Source: an uncultured Gemmatimonadaceae bacterium (GTDB lineage: Bacteria; Gemmatimonadota; Gemmatimonadetes; Gemmatimonadales; Gemmatimonadaceae). Taken from it: a stretch of 64,000 nucleotides of DNA. Below are positions 1 to 10,110 of this stretch, one piece after another. Location: NCBI GenBank assembly GCA_963843845.1, contig CAWJMB010000002.1, forward strand, positions 2,336,001 through 2,400,000, read 5' to 3'. Position numbers and translations under genes: made by a program. A model generated the notes under the pieces. It was not told the origin of the DNA, ran no database searches, and worked only from the letters and a program-made list of their open reading frames with translations. Within the stretch, counting starts at the first letter, position 1, and each line of letters starts with the position of its first letter.

Positions 1-240
1 GGTGTTCGGGATGTCGTGCAGTTTGAGGTCGAGGAAGACGTCAGCTCCACGATCCCGCAGTCGCCGCACGATCGGCGGGCCCTCCGCGACGAACAGCTCG
101 AGCCCGACTTTGTAGAATGCGCAACGCCCGCCGAGCCGCTCGACGAGCGCGAGCGCCTCGTCGCCCGTCGGGTAGTCGAGTGCGACGATCGGCGTGGGCG
201 TCGTCGTCGCGAGACTCGCCGCCGGCGTCGGATCCGTCAC
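1..240 (-). CDS. pyrF: Orotidine-5'-phosphate decarboxylase, 5' part (runs off window)
   Basis: Not in ORF track. Manual translation from GTG at 240 (GTGA overlap with pyrD stop): MTDPTP...PIVALDYP...FYKVGLELF...[13 protein letters not shown], the OMPDC DxKxxDIPNT signature. Confidence 0.95.
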   Translation of the reverse strand, partial: MTDPTPAASLATTTPTPIVALDYPTGDEALALVERLGGRCAFYKVGLELFVAEGPPIVRRLRDRGADVFLDLKLHDIPNT

Positions 241-1221
241 GCGGGCCACTCGAGGGTGCCGACGACGTCGCTCAGCCGGCGGACGCCCTCGCGCTCGCAC
301 CACGCCGCGAGCCCGCGCGCGATGCGTTCGGGCGTTCTCGGATCCTGCATCGCCGCCGTCCCGACCCCCACGAGCGTCGCGCCCGCGACGAGATACTGCA
401 GCGCATCGTAGGCGCTGCGGACGCCCCCGAGCCCGATGATCGGCAGGCGTACCGCTCGCGACACGCGCCACGTCGCGAGCACCCCCGCCGGGAGCACGCC
501 GGCGCCGCTCACGCCGCCGGATCCGAAGCCGAGCGCCGGCCGGCGGCGTGCGACGTCGACGACGAGCCCGGGGATCGTGTTCACGAGCGTGAGGCCGTCC
601 GCGCCGCCGTCCGCCGCCACCTGCGCGGCCATCGCGATGTTCGGGCAACGTCGGCGACAGCTTCACGAACAGCGGGCGCCGCGTCGCGCCGCGCGCACTG
701 CCGACGACGGCGGCGAGCGCCGTCGCGTCGGCGCCGAACTCGAGACCGCCTGCCTTGGTGTTCGGGCAGCTCACGTTCAGCTCGAAGCCGTCGACACCCG
801 GTTCGCCGTCGAGACGCTCGACGACCGTCGGAAACTCGTCGACGGTGAAGCCGACGACGTTCACGAGCACGCGCGGTTTCGTCAGGTTCGCCGCGAGCCA
901 CGGCAGGTGCTCGCGGGCGACGGCCTCCATCCCCGGGTTGGCGAGACCAACGGCGTTGATCATCCCGCCTGGGAACTCCGCGACGCGCGGCGCCGCCGCT
1001 CCCGCACGCGGCTGCACGCTGACCGCCTTCGTGACGATGCCGCCGAGCCGACCGAGGTCGATGACGCGCGCGAGCTCATGGCCGTAGCCGGCCGTTCCGC
1101 TCGCCAGCACCACCGGATTCTGAAACGTGAGCCCGGCCGCGCGGGTGCCTAACGGCCCGCCGGCCGCGTCGGGCGACCGCTCTGGCACCCGCGCCGCGGC
1201 ACGCTCGGCGACGGCGCTCAT
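237..1221 (-). CDS. pyrD: Dihydroorotate dehydrogenase (family 1), apparent +1 frameshift near 640
   Basis: N-terminus [23 protein letters not shown] catalytic motif and VKLSP in one frame; C-terminal ORF 237..632 has [26 protein letters not shown]. Adjacent to pyrF. Confidence 0.92.
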
Positions 1222-2574
1222 GGCGTCACGGCGGGCGAGCGTTGCGATGCGACGCCGACGCGGTCCGAACGCTCCAGATACGCGACCGCGGCGTCCGCGA
1301 TCGCCGCCGCGATGGTCCGCTGGCCCCGCTCGCTCGCGAGATAGCTCGCCTCGGCGGCGTTGGTGCCGTAGCCGACCTCGACGAGCACCGCGGGCATCGA
1401 GGCGGTCACGAGCACCTTGAATCCGGCCTGCTTGACTCCGCGGCTCGGCCCCGGGTGCGCGCCGATGAGCTGCCGCTGCACGATCGTCGCGAGCCGACTG
1501 GACTCGCGCAGGTGCTCGTTCTGCGCCATGTCGCTGAGGATGAAACCCAGCGGATCGCTCGAGGCGCTCGGCGCGTCGGTCTCGAACTGGAGGGATTCGT
1601 TCTCGCGCGCGGCCACGCGACGCGCGTCCTCGCTCTTCGCGTCGGCGAGAAAGTACGTCTCGAAGCCGCGCGTGCCTGCGGCATCCTTCCACGCCGGGTT
1701 TGCCGCGTTGACGTGGATGGAGATGAAGAGCGTCGCCGCGCTGCTCGTTCGCGATGCGGCCGCGATCGGCCAGCGCGACCAGCGTGTCGCGCGTGCGCGT
1801 CATGACGACGGTCGCGCCGCGCGTCCGCAGCGCCGCTCGCAGTTGCAGCGCGATGCCGAGCGTCACGTCCTTCTCCAGCATCGTCGGACCGCCGCCGATC
1901 GGACCGTGCATACCGCCGTCGCGCCCGCCGTGCCCCGCGTCGATGACGACGACGCGGGCGCCTCGACGAGCGCCGAGGGTGCGCGGTGCGGCGATAGGCG
2001 GCGTCGGAGCCGCAGGCGCGGACCGCGGTGGGGTCGTGCCCGCGTCACGGGGAGGCGCGGCGCTGCGGCGAACGGCCGCCGGGGGTGCCCGCGTCACGAG
2101 TGTGAACGTCCGCAGCTCACCTCGCTCCGGGTCGTACAGCAACCCCTGTCCGAGTCGGGGGAGCACGTCCGTGACGAGCTGCTCCGGGACCATCAGCTCG
2201 CCCCCGTCGCGCTCAGGTGCGGCGAGCAGCGGAAACGACTCGCTGTCCGCCTGCGCGAACGGCGCACCCGCCGTCAGCATGACGGTTCTGTTCCCGACAC
2301 GCATCTGTACGCGGTCGGCGACTCCGCGCACCGACTCGACGCGCGATCCGAGCGCGCGCGCGAGCTGCGACACGCGAACGGTCCGCGCCCCAGGGGTCGC
2401 CTCGAACACGGAGATCGCCTCGGCCGCAGTCGACGACGTCCGAACGACGATGCGCCGCGGCTGCGAGTCTTGCGGCTGCGAGTCCTGCGGCTGCGAGCCC
2501 GGCGAGACAGGCGGCGCTGGAGGCTGAGCTGCCGCCTGCGCCACGGCCAGCAGGAGCGCCGCGACGCCGATCAC
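1218..2574 (-). CDS. N-acetylmuramoyl-L-alanine amidase (Amidase_3, AmiC-like), frameshift near 1750
   Basis: Signal peptide from GTG 2574; [49 protein letters not shown] motifs spread over two frames. Confidence 0.88.
2457..2499. repeat. 15-bp tandem repeat (about 3 copies) encoding a QPQDS linker in the amidase
   Basis: gcggctgcgagtctt / gcggctgcgagtcct / gcggctgcgagcc. Confidence 0.7.
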
Positions 2575-3051
2575 CGCGCCCGCGCCACCCGCGCCATCTC
2601 GCGCTCGTCGTCGCGTCGGCGCAAGTCGTCGCGCTTGTCGTGCAGCTTCTTACCCTTCCCGAGGGCGAGCGTGACCTTCACCTTGCCGTTCGTGAAATGC
2701 AGGTCGAGCGGTATCAGCGTCAGCCCTTCCCGCTCGACGGCGCCGATGAGGCGGCGGATCTCGCGCTTGTGCATGCAGCAGCTTCCGCGTGCGCGTCGGC
2801 TCATGGTTGAAGACGTTGCCCTGCTCGTACTGACCGATGTGCAGATTCAGCAGGAACGCTTCACCGTCGCGGACGTGGCCGTACGCGTCGGTCAACGTCG
2901 CCTTCCCCTGGCGAAGTGCCTTCACCTCCGTACCCGTGAGCATCACCCCGGCTTCCCAGCTCTCGAGGATGTGGTAGTCGTGGCGGGCGCGCTTGTTCCG
3001 CGCGATGACGCCTTCCTGCTCCGACTCCTTGCCGGCACCGGACTTCGTCAT
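2571..3051 (-). CDS. smpB: SsrA-binding protein SmpB, +1 frameshift near 2776
   Basis: [11 protein letters not shown]...[15 protein letters not shown]...RTRKLL in ORF 2650..3051, then HKREI...GLTLIPL...KGKKLHDKR in ORF 2571..2804. Confidence 0.95.
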
Positions 3052-3139
3052 CGCGCGCGCTCTCGAGTACGATCGGCCGCGGCGCGCGGCAACACACGGA
3101 ACGTTGTCACAGCACGCAACTTAACACGCCGGGTCGCCG

Positions 3140-3168
3140 TTGACTGACTCTCGCGACGCCGCTACTCT
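3140..3168 (+). promoter_or_regulatory. Sigma70-type promoter for tRNA-Leu
   Basis: TTGACT (3140-3145), 17-bp spacer, TACTCT (3163-3168), about 32 bp before the tRNA. Confidence 0.7.
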
Positions 3169-3200
3169 AGTTCTTCTGCGGCGCTGTCAGCGGCGCGTGC

Positions 3201-3284
3201 GCTCGGGTGGTGGAACTGGTAGACACGCAGGTCTCAGAAGCCTGTGTCGGCGACGACGTGGGGGTTCAAGTCCCCCCTCGAGCA
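3201..3284 (+). tRNA. tRNA-Leu (anticodon CAG)
   Basis: Acceptor GCTCGGG/CTCGAGC, D-loop TGGTAGAC, anticodon arm CAGGT-CTCAGAA-GCCTG, long variable arm, GTTCAAG T-loop; CCA not encoded. Confidence 0.95.
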
Positions 3285-3347
3285 CTTGCAAGCTGCACCG
3301 GCCAAGGACGTCCGCGGGCGCGACTGATCGTCAGTCGCGCCCGCGCT

Positions 3348-3869
3348 CTATTCGGAGAGCGGTGGCGTGCCGAACGCGTGAGCGAGCGCCGTGCTCACGT
3401 CCGACAGCACTCGCGCCATCAGCGTCGCGGCGTGATCGAGGTGCTCGGGGCGTGGGCGGATGGTTCCGGTGAACGCGAGGAGGATACGCGCCACCCGTGC
3501 CGACGCCGACTCCGCGCCGCGCGACGTGAGTGCGTCGCGGTACGCGGCGAGCCGTTCGTTGAACTGCCGCTCGGCGAGCGGCAGCATGCCCACGGCGATG
3601 TGCGGATCGCGTGCGAGGTCGTCGCTCAGCGCGTGCGCGACGAGCGACGGCGTGCGATCGTCGAGCGCGTCACGTTGCGCGACGAGGAGGCCGAGCGCTC
3701 GGCGGGCGTAGCGCCACTCCCACCGCGCATGGTCCGCATCGCCGCCGCCGGCCGTGTCGGCGAGCCATCGCACGTCCGCGTCGGGCGGCTCGACATACAG
3801 CGTGTGAACGAAGCTCGCCGTCTGCTGCCGCAGGTCTGGCGCCGATGACCGGGTACCGAACAGCGCCAC
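3348..3869 (-). CDS. Hypothetical protein
   Basis: 173-aa ORF with protein-like composition, starting 18 bp after the Rrf2 gene stop. Confidence 0.7.
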   Translation of the reverse strand: MALFGTRSSAPDLRQQTASFVHTLYVEPPDADVRWLADTAGGGDADHARWEWRYARRALGLLVAQRDALDDRTPSLVAHALSDDLARDPHIAVGMLPLAERQFNERLAAYRDALTSRGAESASARVARILLAFTGTIRPRPEHLDHAATLMARVLSDVSTALAHAFGTPPLSE

Positions 3870-3887
3870 GCTGCGCGACGCCGGCGG

Positions 3888-4407
3888 TCAGCCCTGAAGG
3901 ATCGGGAGGCGCCGCGCGTCGACGTCGTCGAGCACGTCGACGATGCGAGGCGTCTCGCGCCGCTCCGGCAACCCGACACGCGCACGTACCGTGCTCTCTT
4001 CGGCGAGGAGATCACACAGTCGAACGCTCTCGAGCACCTCGTCGATACGTTGCTGGAGCATCTGCCACACCGGACGGATGCTGCAGTCGTGCGACGTGGA
4101 GCACCGCTCCTCGTGGACGGGGTGCGTGAGGCAGTGCAGCTCGAAGGTCGCCAGCTCGGATGCCTGGATCACCTCGCGAACCGTGATCGCCTCCGGCGCG
4201 CGGTCGAGGACGTACCCCCCGCGCGCGCCACGCGTGCTCCGGATGATCCCGGCGCGCCGAAGGCGAAGCAGGATCTGCTCGACGTAGTCCGCCGGGTAGC
4301 CGTTCCTTCGCCGCGACGTCGCGCCCGGTGACCGGCCCTTCGTCGCGACGCCGCGCCAGATGCAGCGCGCAGATCAGGCCGTATTCGGCCCATGTGGTGA
4401 TTCGCAC
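3888..4407 (-). CDS. Rrf2-family (IscR/NsrR-like) transcriptional regulator, +1 frameshift near 4298
   Basis: MRITTWAEYGL..., then YVEQILLRLRRAGIIRSTRGARGGYVL and a Cys triad HC...RC...DC in the C-terminal frame. Confidence 0.9.
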
Positions 4408-4413
4408 GAAGGG

Positions 4414-4419
4414 AAGCTA
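4414..4419 (-). promoter_or_regulatory. Putative -10 box (TAGCTT) 6 nt upstream of the Rrf2 start; possible leaderless mRNA
   Basis: Minus strand reads TAGCTT-cccttc-GTG with no Shine-Dalgarno. Confidence 0.45.
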
Positions 4420-4458
4420 GCGCCGTCGCCGAACGCACTCAATGCGCCCAGCCGCTCG

Positions 4459-5886
4459 TCAGCCGCCGGCGACCATGGCGTGCGCGCCGCCGGGCACGCC
4501 GATCTCGGTCATCTTGCGCAGGTCGAGCACGTCGTCGATCTGCTCGTCGGGGAGGAGCTGGTCGCGCTTCACCATCTCGCGGATGAGCACGCCTTCCTTC
4601 ACCGACTTCTTGCTCAGCTCTGCCGCCTTCGCGTAGCCGATGTGGGGCATGAGCGCCGTGGCCAGCGCCGCCGACCGCTCGACCCAGTAGCCGAGCATCG
4701 GCTCGTTCGCCTCGATGCCCTTGATCGTCTTCTCGGTCAGCACGGTCGCCGCGTTCGTCAGGATGAGCATCGACAGCAGGACGTTGTGCGCGATCACCGG
4801 CATCATGACGTTCAGCTCGAGTTGTCCGTGCTCGCTCGCGATGGCGACCGTCGTGTCGCATCCCATGACCTGGAAGCACACCTGGTTCACCATCTCGGGA
4901 ATCGACGGGTTGATCTTCCCTGGCATGATCGAGCTGCCGGGCTGTACGGCCGGCAGCTTGATCTCGTCGATGCCGGTGCGCGGGCCCATGACCATGAGGC
5001 GCAGATCGCTCACGATCTTGCTCATGTCGATCGCCAGCCCGCGCAGCGACGCGCTGAACGCCGCGGCGTCGCCCATGCTCTGCATGAGCTGGATGCGATC
5101 CTCGCCGATGCGAAGGTCGAGACCCGTGCTCTCGCGCAGATACTTGTTCATCAGCGCGGGATATTCCTTCTCCACCGTGACGCCGGTGCCCACGGCGCTG
5201 CCGCCGATGCCGAGGTCGCGGAGGTAGTCGGCAGCCTCCCTCACCCGGCGCAGCGCGCGGTCCATCGACCCCGCATACGCCGTGAACTCCTGGCCGAGCC
5301 GGATGGGCATCGCGTCTTGGAGGTGCGTGCGCCCCGCCTTCACGATGTGGTCGAACTCGCGTCCCTTCGCCGCCAGCGCGTCGCGCAGCCCTTCGAACGC
5401 CGCGACGAGCGCCGGCAGCTGCGAGAGTGCGGCGAGCCGGATGTTCGTGGGGATCGTGTCGTTCGTGGACTGCGCCATGTTGACGTGATCGTTCGGGTGC
5501 ACCGGCGCGTACTCGCCGCGCCTGCCCCCCAACAGCTCGTTCGCGCGGTTCGCGAGGACCTCGTTCACGTTCATGTTGTGCGAGGTCCCGGCGCCCGCCT
5601 GGTACGGGTCGACGACGAAGTGCTCGTCGTGCTGGTGCGCGAGTACCTCGTCCGCGGCGGCGACGATCGCGTCGGCCGCCTTGGCCTCCAGGCGCCCGGT
5701 TTCCTTGTGCGTCAGCGCCGCGGCGCGCTTGATCCAGACCTGCGCCTGCACGAACGGCCAGAGGGGCTTGAGGCCGCTGATCGGGAAGTTCTGGCGCGCA
5801 CGCAGCGTCTGTACGCCGTAGAGGGCGTCGGCGGGGACCTGGAGCTCGCCGAGGGGGTCTTTTTCGGTGCGGAAGGCGTCGGACAT
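4459..5886 (-). CDS. aspA: Aspartate ammonia-lyase (fumarase/aspartase superfamily)
   Basis: GSSIMPGKINP signature, GRTHLQDA; QAGAGTS and EMVNQVCFQV are more aspartase-like than FumC-like. Confidence 0.85.
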   Translation of the reverse strand: MSDAFRTEKDPLGELQVPADALYGVQTLRARQNFPISGLKPLWPFVQAQVWIKRAAALTHKETGRLEAKAADAIVAAADEVLAHQHDEHFVVDPYQAGAGTSHNMNVNEVLANRANELLGGRRGEYAPVHPNDHVNMAQSTNDTIPTNIRLAALSQLPALVAAFEGLRDALAAKGREFDHIVKAGRTHLQDAMPIRLGQEFTAYAGSMDRALRRVREAADYLRDLGIGGSAVGTGVTVEKEYPALMNKYLRESTGLDLRIGEDRIQLMQSMGDAAAFSASLRGLAIDMSKIVSDLRLMVMGPRTGIDEIKLPAVQPGSSIMPGKINPSIPEMVNQVCFQVMGCDTTVAIASEHGQLELNVMMPVIAHNVLLSMLILTNAATVLTEKTIKGIEANEPMLGYWVERSAALATALMPHIGYAKAAELSKKSVKEGVLIREMVKRDQLLPDEQIDDVLDLRKMTEIGVPGGAHAMVAGG

Positions 5887-5969
5887 TGTGAGATCGTTAG
5901 GCGGTTCGTCGTGCGTGCGGCTCGAGTGGTCTCACTCTACGTGCTTCGCCGCGATCGGGACGCCGAGGT

Positions 5970-6449
5970 TCACCGGCGGCGAGCGGCGAGGATGGTCAGT
6001 ACGAGTGTCGCGCCGGCGGCGAGCATCCCTGCTCCCATCCACGCGACGCTGATCCCGTGAAGCCGGCCGAACGCGGCACGGCGAGGATCGTCGGTCGCCA
6101 GCGCCTCGATGCTCGGCCCCATCTCGGCGCGAAGCGCCGCGATGCGGGGGCCGATGACGAACTGTGCGATGAGGCAGGCGATCGCGGCGACGATCGGAAG
6201 TGCGACGCGGGTGCGGGGGAACGGCGCGCCGTCGTGCCACGCGAGCAGTGCCGCGCCGATCCCCACGAGGATGCCGCCGATGAAGATCGGCGGGAGCACC
6301 CGACCCACGAGCAGGCCGGCGAGCGCGCGCGTCGGCAGCACCGCGAAGGCAGCCGGTGCGACCGCGCCCGCCATGAGCAGCGCCGCGCCGACCCAGAGCG
6401 CGAGCAGCGCGGCCGCACTCGCGAGGCGCACGAACGCGATCTCGGTCAT
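5970..6449 (-). CDS. DUF4149/TMEM205-like membrane protein
   Basis: From ATG 6449 (overlaps MBL stop): four hydrophobic segments, APAAF, AGLLVG, FGRLHGIS. Confidence 0.8.
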   Translation of the reverse strand: MTEIAFVRLASAAALLALWVGAALLMAGAVAPAAFAVLPTRALAGLLVGRVLPPIFIGGILVGIGAALLAWHDGAPFPRTRVALPIVAAIACLIAQFVIGPRIAALRAEMGPSIEALATDDPRRAAFGRLHGISVAWMGAGMLAAGATLVLTILAARRR

Positions 6450-7126
6450 CCGCCACGCACCCGCGCGCCGCCGTTGAGAAACGGGTTCGAGCGCAACTCG
6501 TCGCCGATGGTCGTCGCGGGACCGTGACCGGGATGGACGATCGTTTCGCGCGGCAGCGTGGCGATGCGCTCGAGCGACCGACTGAACGTCTTCGGGTCGC
6601 CGAGCGGAAGGTCGGTGCGGCCGACCGAGCCGCGGAAGAGGACGTCCCCGCCCAGGGCGATCCCGTGCCCATGGAAGACGACGTGGCCGGGGGCGTGCCC
6701 CGGCAGATGCATGACCTCGAATCGCAGCTCCCCGACCCGCAGCTCCATGCCTTCGGCGAGCTCGCGATCGGGGGCCGGCTGCGCTTCCCACGGCAGCCCG
6801 TACATCGCCGCGGCGCGCGGCGCGTAGGCGTAGACCGGCGCGTCGAGCGGATGCAGATACACCGGCACATCGTGCGAGCGCTTCACGTGCGCGACCGCGC
6901 CGACGTGATCGACGTGGGCGTGGGTGAGCCAGATCGCCTCCAGCCGCGCGCCGCTCTCGCCGAGCAGCGACAGGATCCGGTCGCCCTCGTCGCCGGGGTC
7001 GACGAGGATCGCCGCGTTCGTCGCCGGATCGACGACGAGGTACGTGTTCTCCGCGAACGCGCCGACCGTGAGCCCGGTGACGAGCGGCCCGGCCGCGACG
7101 CTCGAGGGTACGACGTCAGACCGCAT
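6446..7126 (-). CDS. Metallo-beta-lactamase-fold hydrolase (glyoxalase II/GloC-like)
   Basis: THAHVDHVG, PGHAPG, GDVLF.GSVGRTD, PGHG motifs. Confidence 0.92.
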   Translation of the reverse strand: MRSDVVPSSVAAGPLVTGLTVGAFAENTYLVVDPATNAAILVDPGDEGDRILSLLGESGARLEAIWLTHAHVDHVGAVAHVKRSHDVPVYLHPLDAPVYAYAPRAAAMYGLPWEAQPAPDRELAEGMELRVGELRFEVMHLPGHAPGHVVFHGHGIALGGDVLFRGSVGRTDLPLGDPKTFSRSLERIATLPRETIVHPGHGPATTIGDELRSNPFLNGGARVRGG

Positions 7127-8144
7127 AGCCGCCCGTGCCGACCGTCATCTGCGGCTCGGCTGCGGCGGCCTCCGGGTCGCCGTGCGTGTCCTCGAGCGCC
7201 TTGAGGTACTTCTCCGCCGCGATCGCCGCGGTCGTCGCGTCGCCGACCGCCGTCGTGACCTGCCGCACGAGCTGCGAGCGCAGGTCGCCGGCGGCGAACA
7301 GTCCGGGCACCGACGTCATCATGTTCGTGTCGGTCGAGACGTAGCCCATCGAATCGTGCTCGTAGTGCACGTCGATCACCCCCGTGTTCGGCCGGAAGCC
7401 GACGAAGATGAAGACGCCGGTGACGTCGAGCGTGCTCGTCGCGCCGGTGACGGTGTCGCGCAGTCGCAGCCCGTTCACGCCCTGCGGCAGCTCCCCGGCG
7501 ATCTCGTCGACCGCCTTGTTCCAGATCACTTCGATCTTCGGATTGTCGAACAGGCGCTGCTGCAGGATCTTCGACGCGCGCAGCTCGGCGCGGCGGTGCA
7601 CGAGATACACCTTCGATGCGTAGCGCGTCAGGAAGTCCGCTTCCTCGACCGCTGCGTCGCCGCCGCCGACGACGGCGAGGACCTGATCGCGGAAGAACGC
7701 GCCGTCGCAGATGGCGCAGTAGCTGACGCCCTTGCCGGCATATTCAGTCTCGCCGGGCACGTTCAGGTAGACCGGCGTGCCGCCCGCCGTGACGATGACG
7801 GTCGGCGAGCGATAGACGTGCACCGACTCGTCGAACGTGTTCTGCGCCGTCGTCTCGAACGTGCCGTCGGCCATGCGCCGCACGTGCTTGACGTCGCGGA
7901 ACTCGTGAAACTCGCAGCCGAACTTCTTCGCGTGGCTCGCGAACTTCTCCGCGAGATCGCGGCCGAGGACGTGCTCGAATCCAGGGTAGTCTTCGATGAC
8001 TTCGGTCTTCAGCAGCTCGCCGCCCGGCTCGCCACTCTCGATGATGACGCTCTTGAGCATCGACCGGCCGGCGTACATCGCGGCCGTCATGCCGGCCGGC
8101 CCGGCGCCGACGATCACGACCTGGTAGTCATGCGTGGTTGTCAC
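7116..8144 (-). CDS. trxB: Thioredoxin-disulfide reductase
   Basis: Probable GTG start 8144; GAGPAG, GVSYCAICDG (CxxC), GGGDAAVEEA, GLFAAGD. Confidence 0.95.
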   Translation of the reverse strand: MTTTHDYQVVIVGAGPAGMTAAMYAGRSMLKSVIIESGEPGGELLKTEVIEDYPGFEHVLGRDLAEKFASHAKKFGCEFHEFRDVKHVRRMADGTFETTAQNTFDESVHVYRSPTVIVTAGGTPVYLNVPGETEYAGKGVSYCAICDGAFFRDQVLAVVGGGDAAVEEADFLTRYASKVYLVHRRAELRASKILQQRLFDNPKIEVIWNKAVDEIAGELPQGVNGLRLRDTVTGATSTLDVTGVFIFVGFRPNTGVIDVHYEHDSMGYVSTDTNMMTSVPGLFAAGDLRSQLVRQVTTAVGDATTAAIAAEKYLKALEDTHGDPEAAAAEPQMTVGTGGYAV

Positions 8145-8197
8145 TGCCCTCTCCGTAGTTCGCGCCGTCGTGCGCACTCCTCTCCATCCGATGAAAT

Positions 8198-8929
8198 CTA
8201 GCGACGCACGTGTCGGCCACCGTCGACGACGACGGTCTCGCCGGTGACGTAGTCGGCCGAGAGCAGATACAGCACGGCGTCGACGACGTCGTCCGGCGCA
8301 CCGAGGCGCCGGAGCGGAGTCGTGGCGGCGAGTCGTTCCCCGCTCGAGGCGCTCCACTCGTCGGGGAGGAGGATCGCCCCCGGCGCGACGGCGTTCACCC
8401 GCACGTGTGGCGCGAGCGCGCGGGCGAGCGCGCGCGTCATCTGCACGACCCCCGCCTTCGAGATGCCGTGCGGCACGTACGCCGGCCACGTCTCGAACGC
8501 CGCGAGGTCGGCGATGTTGACGATGCAGCCGCCGCGCTCCCGCATGACGCGGGCAGCCGCCTGGGCGAGGAAGAACGGCGCACGCAGATTCAGCGCGAAC
8601 ATGGCGTCCCACTCGGCGACCGTGACCTCGCCGATCGGCGTCCTCTGCATCATCGCCGCCGAGCTCACGAGCACGTCCAGCGTCCCGAACCGATCGACCA
8701 CCCGGCCGATCAGCCGCTCGGGTGCGTCCGCCTCTCCGAGGTCCGCGTGGAACGCGTCGGCCGCGCCGCCGGCATCGCGGATCAGTCGACAGGTGTCGTC
8801 GGCGCCGTCCGCCGAGCCGTTGTAGTGCACCGCGACCGTCGCGCCGTGTCGTCCCAGCGCTACGGCGATCGCCTGGCCGAGCCGGCGGCCGGCGCCGGTG
8901 ACCAGCGCCACGCGCGAGCCGACGTCCAC
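8198..8929 (-). CDS. SDR oxidoreductase, pteridine reductase/FolM-like
   Basis: TGAGRRLG, VHYNGS, IVNIAD, RVNAVAPG, YVTGET..VDGG; catalytic YxxxK appears as HGISK. Start uncertain. Confidence 0.85.
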   Translation of the reverse strand: MDVGSRVALVTGAGRRLGQAIAVALGRHGATVAVHYNGSADGADDTCRLIRDAGGAADAFHADLGEADAPERLIGRVVDRFGTLDVLVSSAAMMQRTPIGEVTVAEWDAMFALNLRAPFFLAQAAARVMRERGGCIVNIADLAAFETWPAYVPHGISKAGVVQMTRALARALAPHVRVNAVAPGAILLPDEWSASSGERLAATTPLRRLGAPDDVVDAVLYLLSADYVTGETVVVDGGRHVRR

Positions 8930-8946
8930 GACCGATTCCGAGAGCG

Positions 8947-9816
8947 TCAGGCGGCCCGCTCGGCGACGCGTTGCTCCTGCGTCGCGAGCCACGCGGCCGG
9001 AACGTGCATCATGCCGATCGTTCGCGGACCCTCACGCTGCCCGTGCCAGTCCGACCCGCCGCTCGGGACGAGCCCGAAGTGCTGCACGAGCGCGGCGAGA
9101 CGGTGCATGTCGTCCGGTGTGTGGCTGGGATGGCGAACTTCGAGCCCATCGAGGCCGGCGGCGACGAGTCGCTCGACGCGCTCGCGCCGGCCGTCTCCCG
9201 CCGGATGAGCCCAGACGGCGAGGCCCCCGGCGTCGTGAACGAGCCGCACCGCGTCACGCACTTCGAGCCGCGGCTTGTCGACGTACGCCGGCTTGCCGGC
9301 GCCGAGGTAGCGGTAGAACGCTTCCCGCTCGTCGCCGACGTGGCCGCCGGCGACGAGCGCGCGCGCCACGTGCGGACGCCCGACGGCGCCGCCGCCGGAC
9401 TGCGCGAGCACGGCGTCGGTCGTGAGCGGCACGCCGACCGCGTTCAGCTTCGCGACGATCTGCTGCGCGCGCGTCACGCGGTCGTCGCGGAATCGAGTCA
9501 GCGACTGCGCCATGCGATCCACGTGCGCCAGATGCAGACCGAGCAGGTGAATCTCCTGCGGGCCGTCGTGGGCGCTCAACTCGACGCCGGCGATCACACG
9601 CACCCCCGCCGCCAGTCCCGCAGCGACCGCCGCAGGGACGCCGCCGACCGTGTCGTGATCGGTGAGCGCGATCGCGGCTAGCCCCGCCGCCTGCGCTGCG
9701 GCGACGACGCTCTCGGGAGGCAGGGCGCCGTCCGAGGCCGTGGAGTGCATGTGGAGATCGACGAAGGGACCGGTCGCCGGCCCGGGCGGCGCCACCGCCG
9801 CTGCGGGATGCGTCAC
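8947..9816 (-). CDS. PHP-domain phosphoesterase (YciV/TrpH-like)
   Basis: DLHMHSTASDG, ALTDHD, GVELS, GRPHVA, AHP, GGSDWHG. Confidence 0.92.
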   Translation of the reverse strand: MTHPAAAVAPPGPATGPFVDLHMHSTASDGALPPESVVAAAQAAGLAAIALTDHDTVGGVPAAVAAGLAAGVRVIAGVELSAHDGPQEIHLLGLHLAHVDRMAQSLTRFRDDRVTRAQQIVAKLNAVGVPLTTDAVLAQSGGGAVGRPHVARALVAGGHVGDEREAFYRYLGAGKPAYVDKPRLEVRDAVRLVHDAGGLAVWAHPAGDGRRERVERLVAAGLDGLEVRHPSHTPDDMHRLAALVQHFGLVPSGGSDWHGQREGPRTIGMMHVPAAWLATQEQRVAERAA

Positions 9817-10097
9817 TCGCCGCCCGGCGGTGACCTGCGGTACCCGCCTTCGGGCGATGTGTCGCTCGCCTGCGACTGCGCGAGCAGCGTGGCGAGCTGC
9901 GCGTCGGTGAGCTCGGCGAGCGATCGTTCGCGCGAGCGGGTGCCGTGCGGCGAGTAGCGCGTGATGCGGACCTCGCGCGCCGACCCTTCTCCGGCGACGA
10001 AGATCAAGCCGAACTCGTCGAGGGTGTTGACAGTCGTGAAGCCCGACGGCTGCACCTGCCAGCGGCGGCCGTCGACGTCGATCGTGCGAATGGGCAT
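9813..10097 (-). CDS. Small hypothetical protein
   Basis: 94-aa ORF whose stop overlaps the PHP start (GTGA). Confidence 0.7.
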   Translation of the reverse strand: MPIRTIDVDGRRWQVQPSGFTTVNTLDEFGLIFVAGEGSAREVRITRYSPHGTRSRERSLAELTDAQLATLLAQSQASDTSPEGGYRRSPPGGE

Positions 10098-10110
10098 CGC
10101 CGGGGTGAGT

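Noticed and set aside
2760..2790. Programmed frameshift in smpB
   Set aside because: There is no slippery sequence, and the same +1 pattern occurs in many unrelated genes, so sequencing error is more likely.
2571..3340. tmRNA or an integrated element next to smpB/tRNA-Leu
   Set aside because: I saw no ssrA-like sequence, integrase, duplicated tRNA 3' end or compositional shift.
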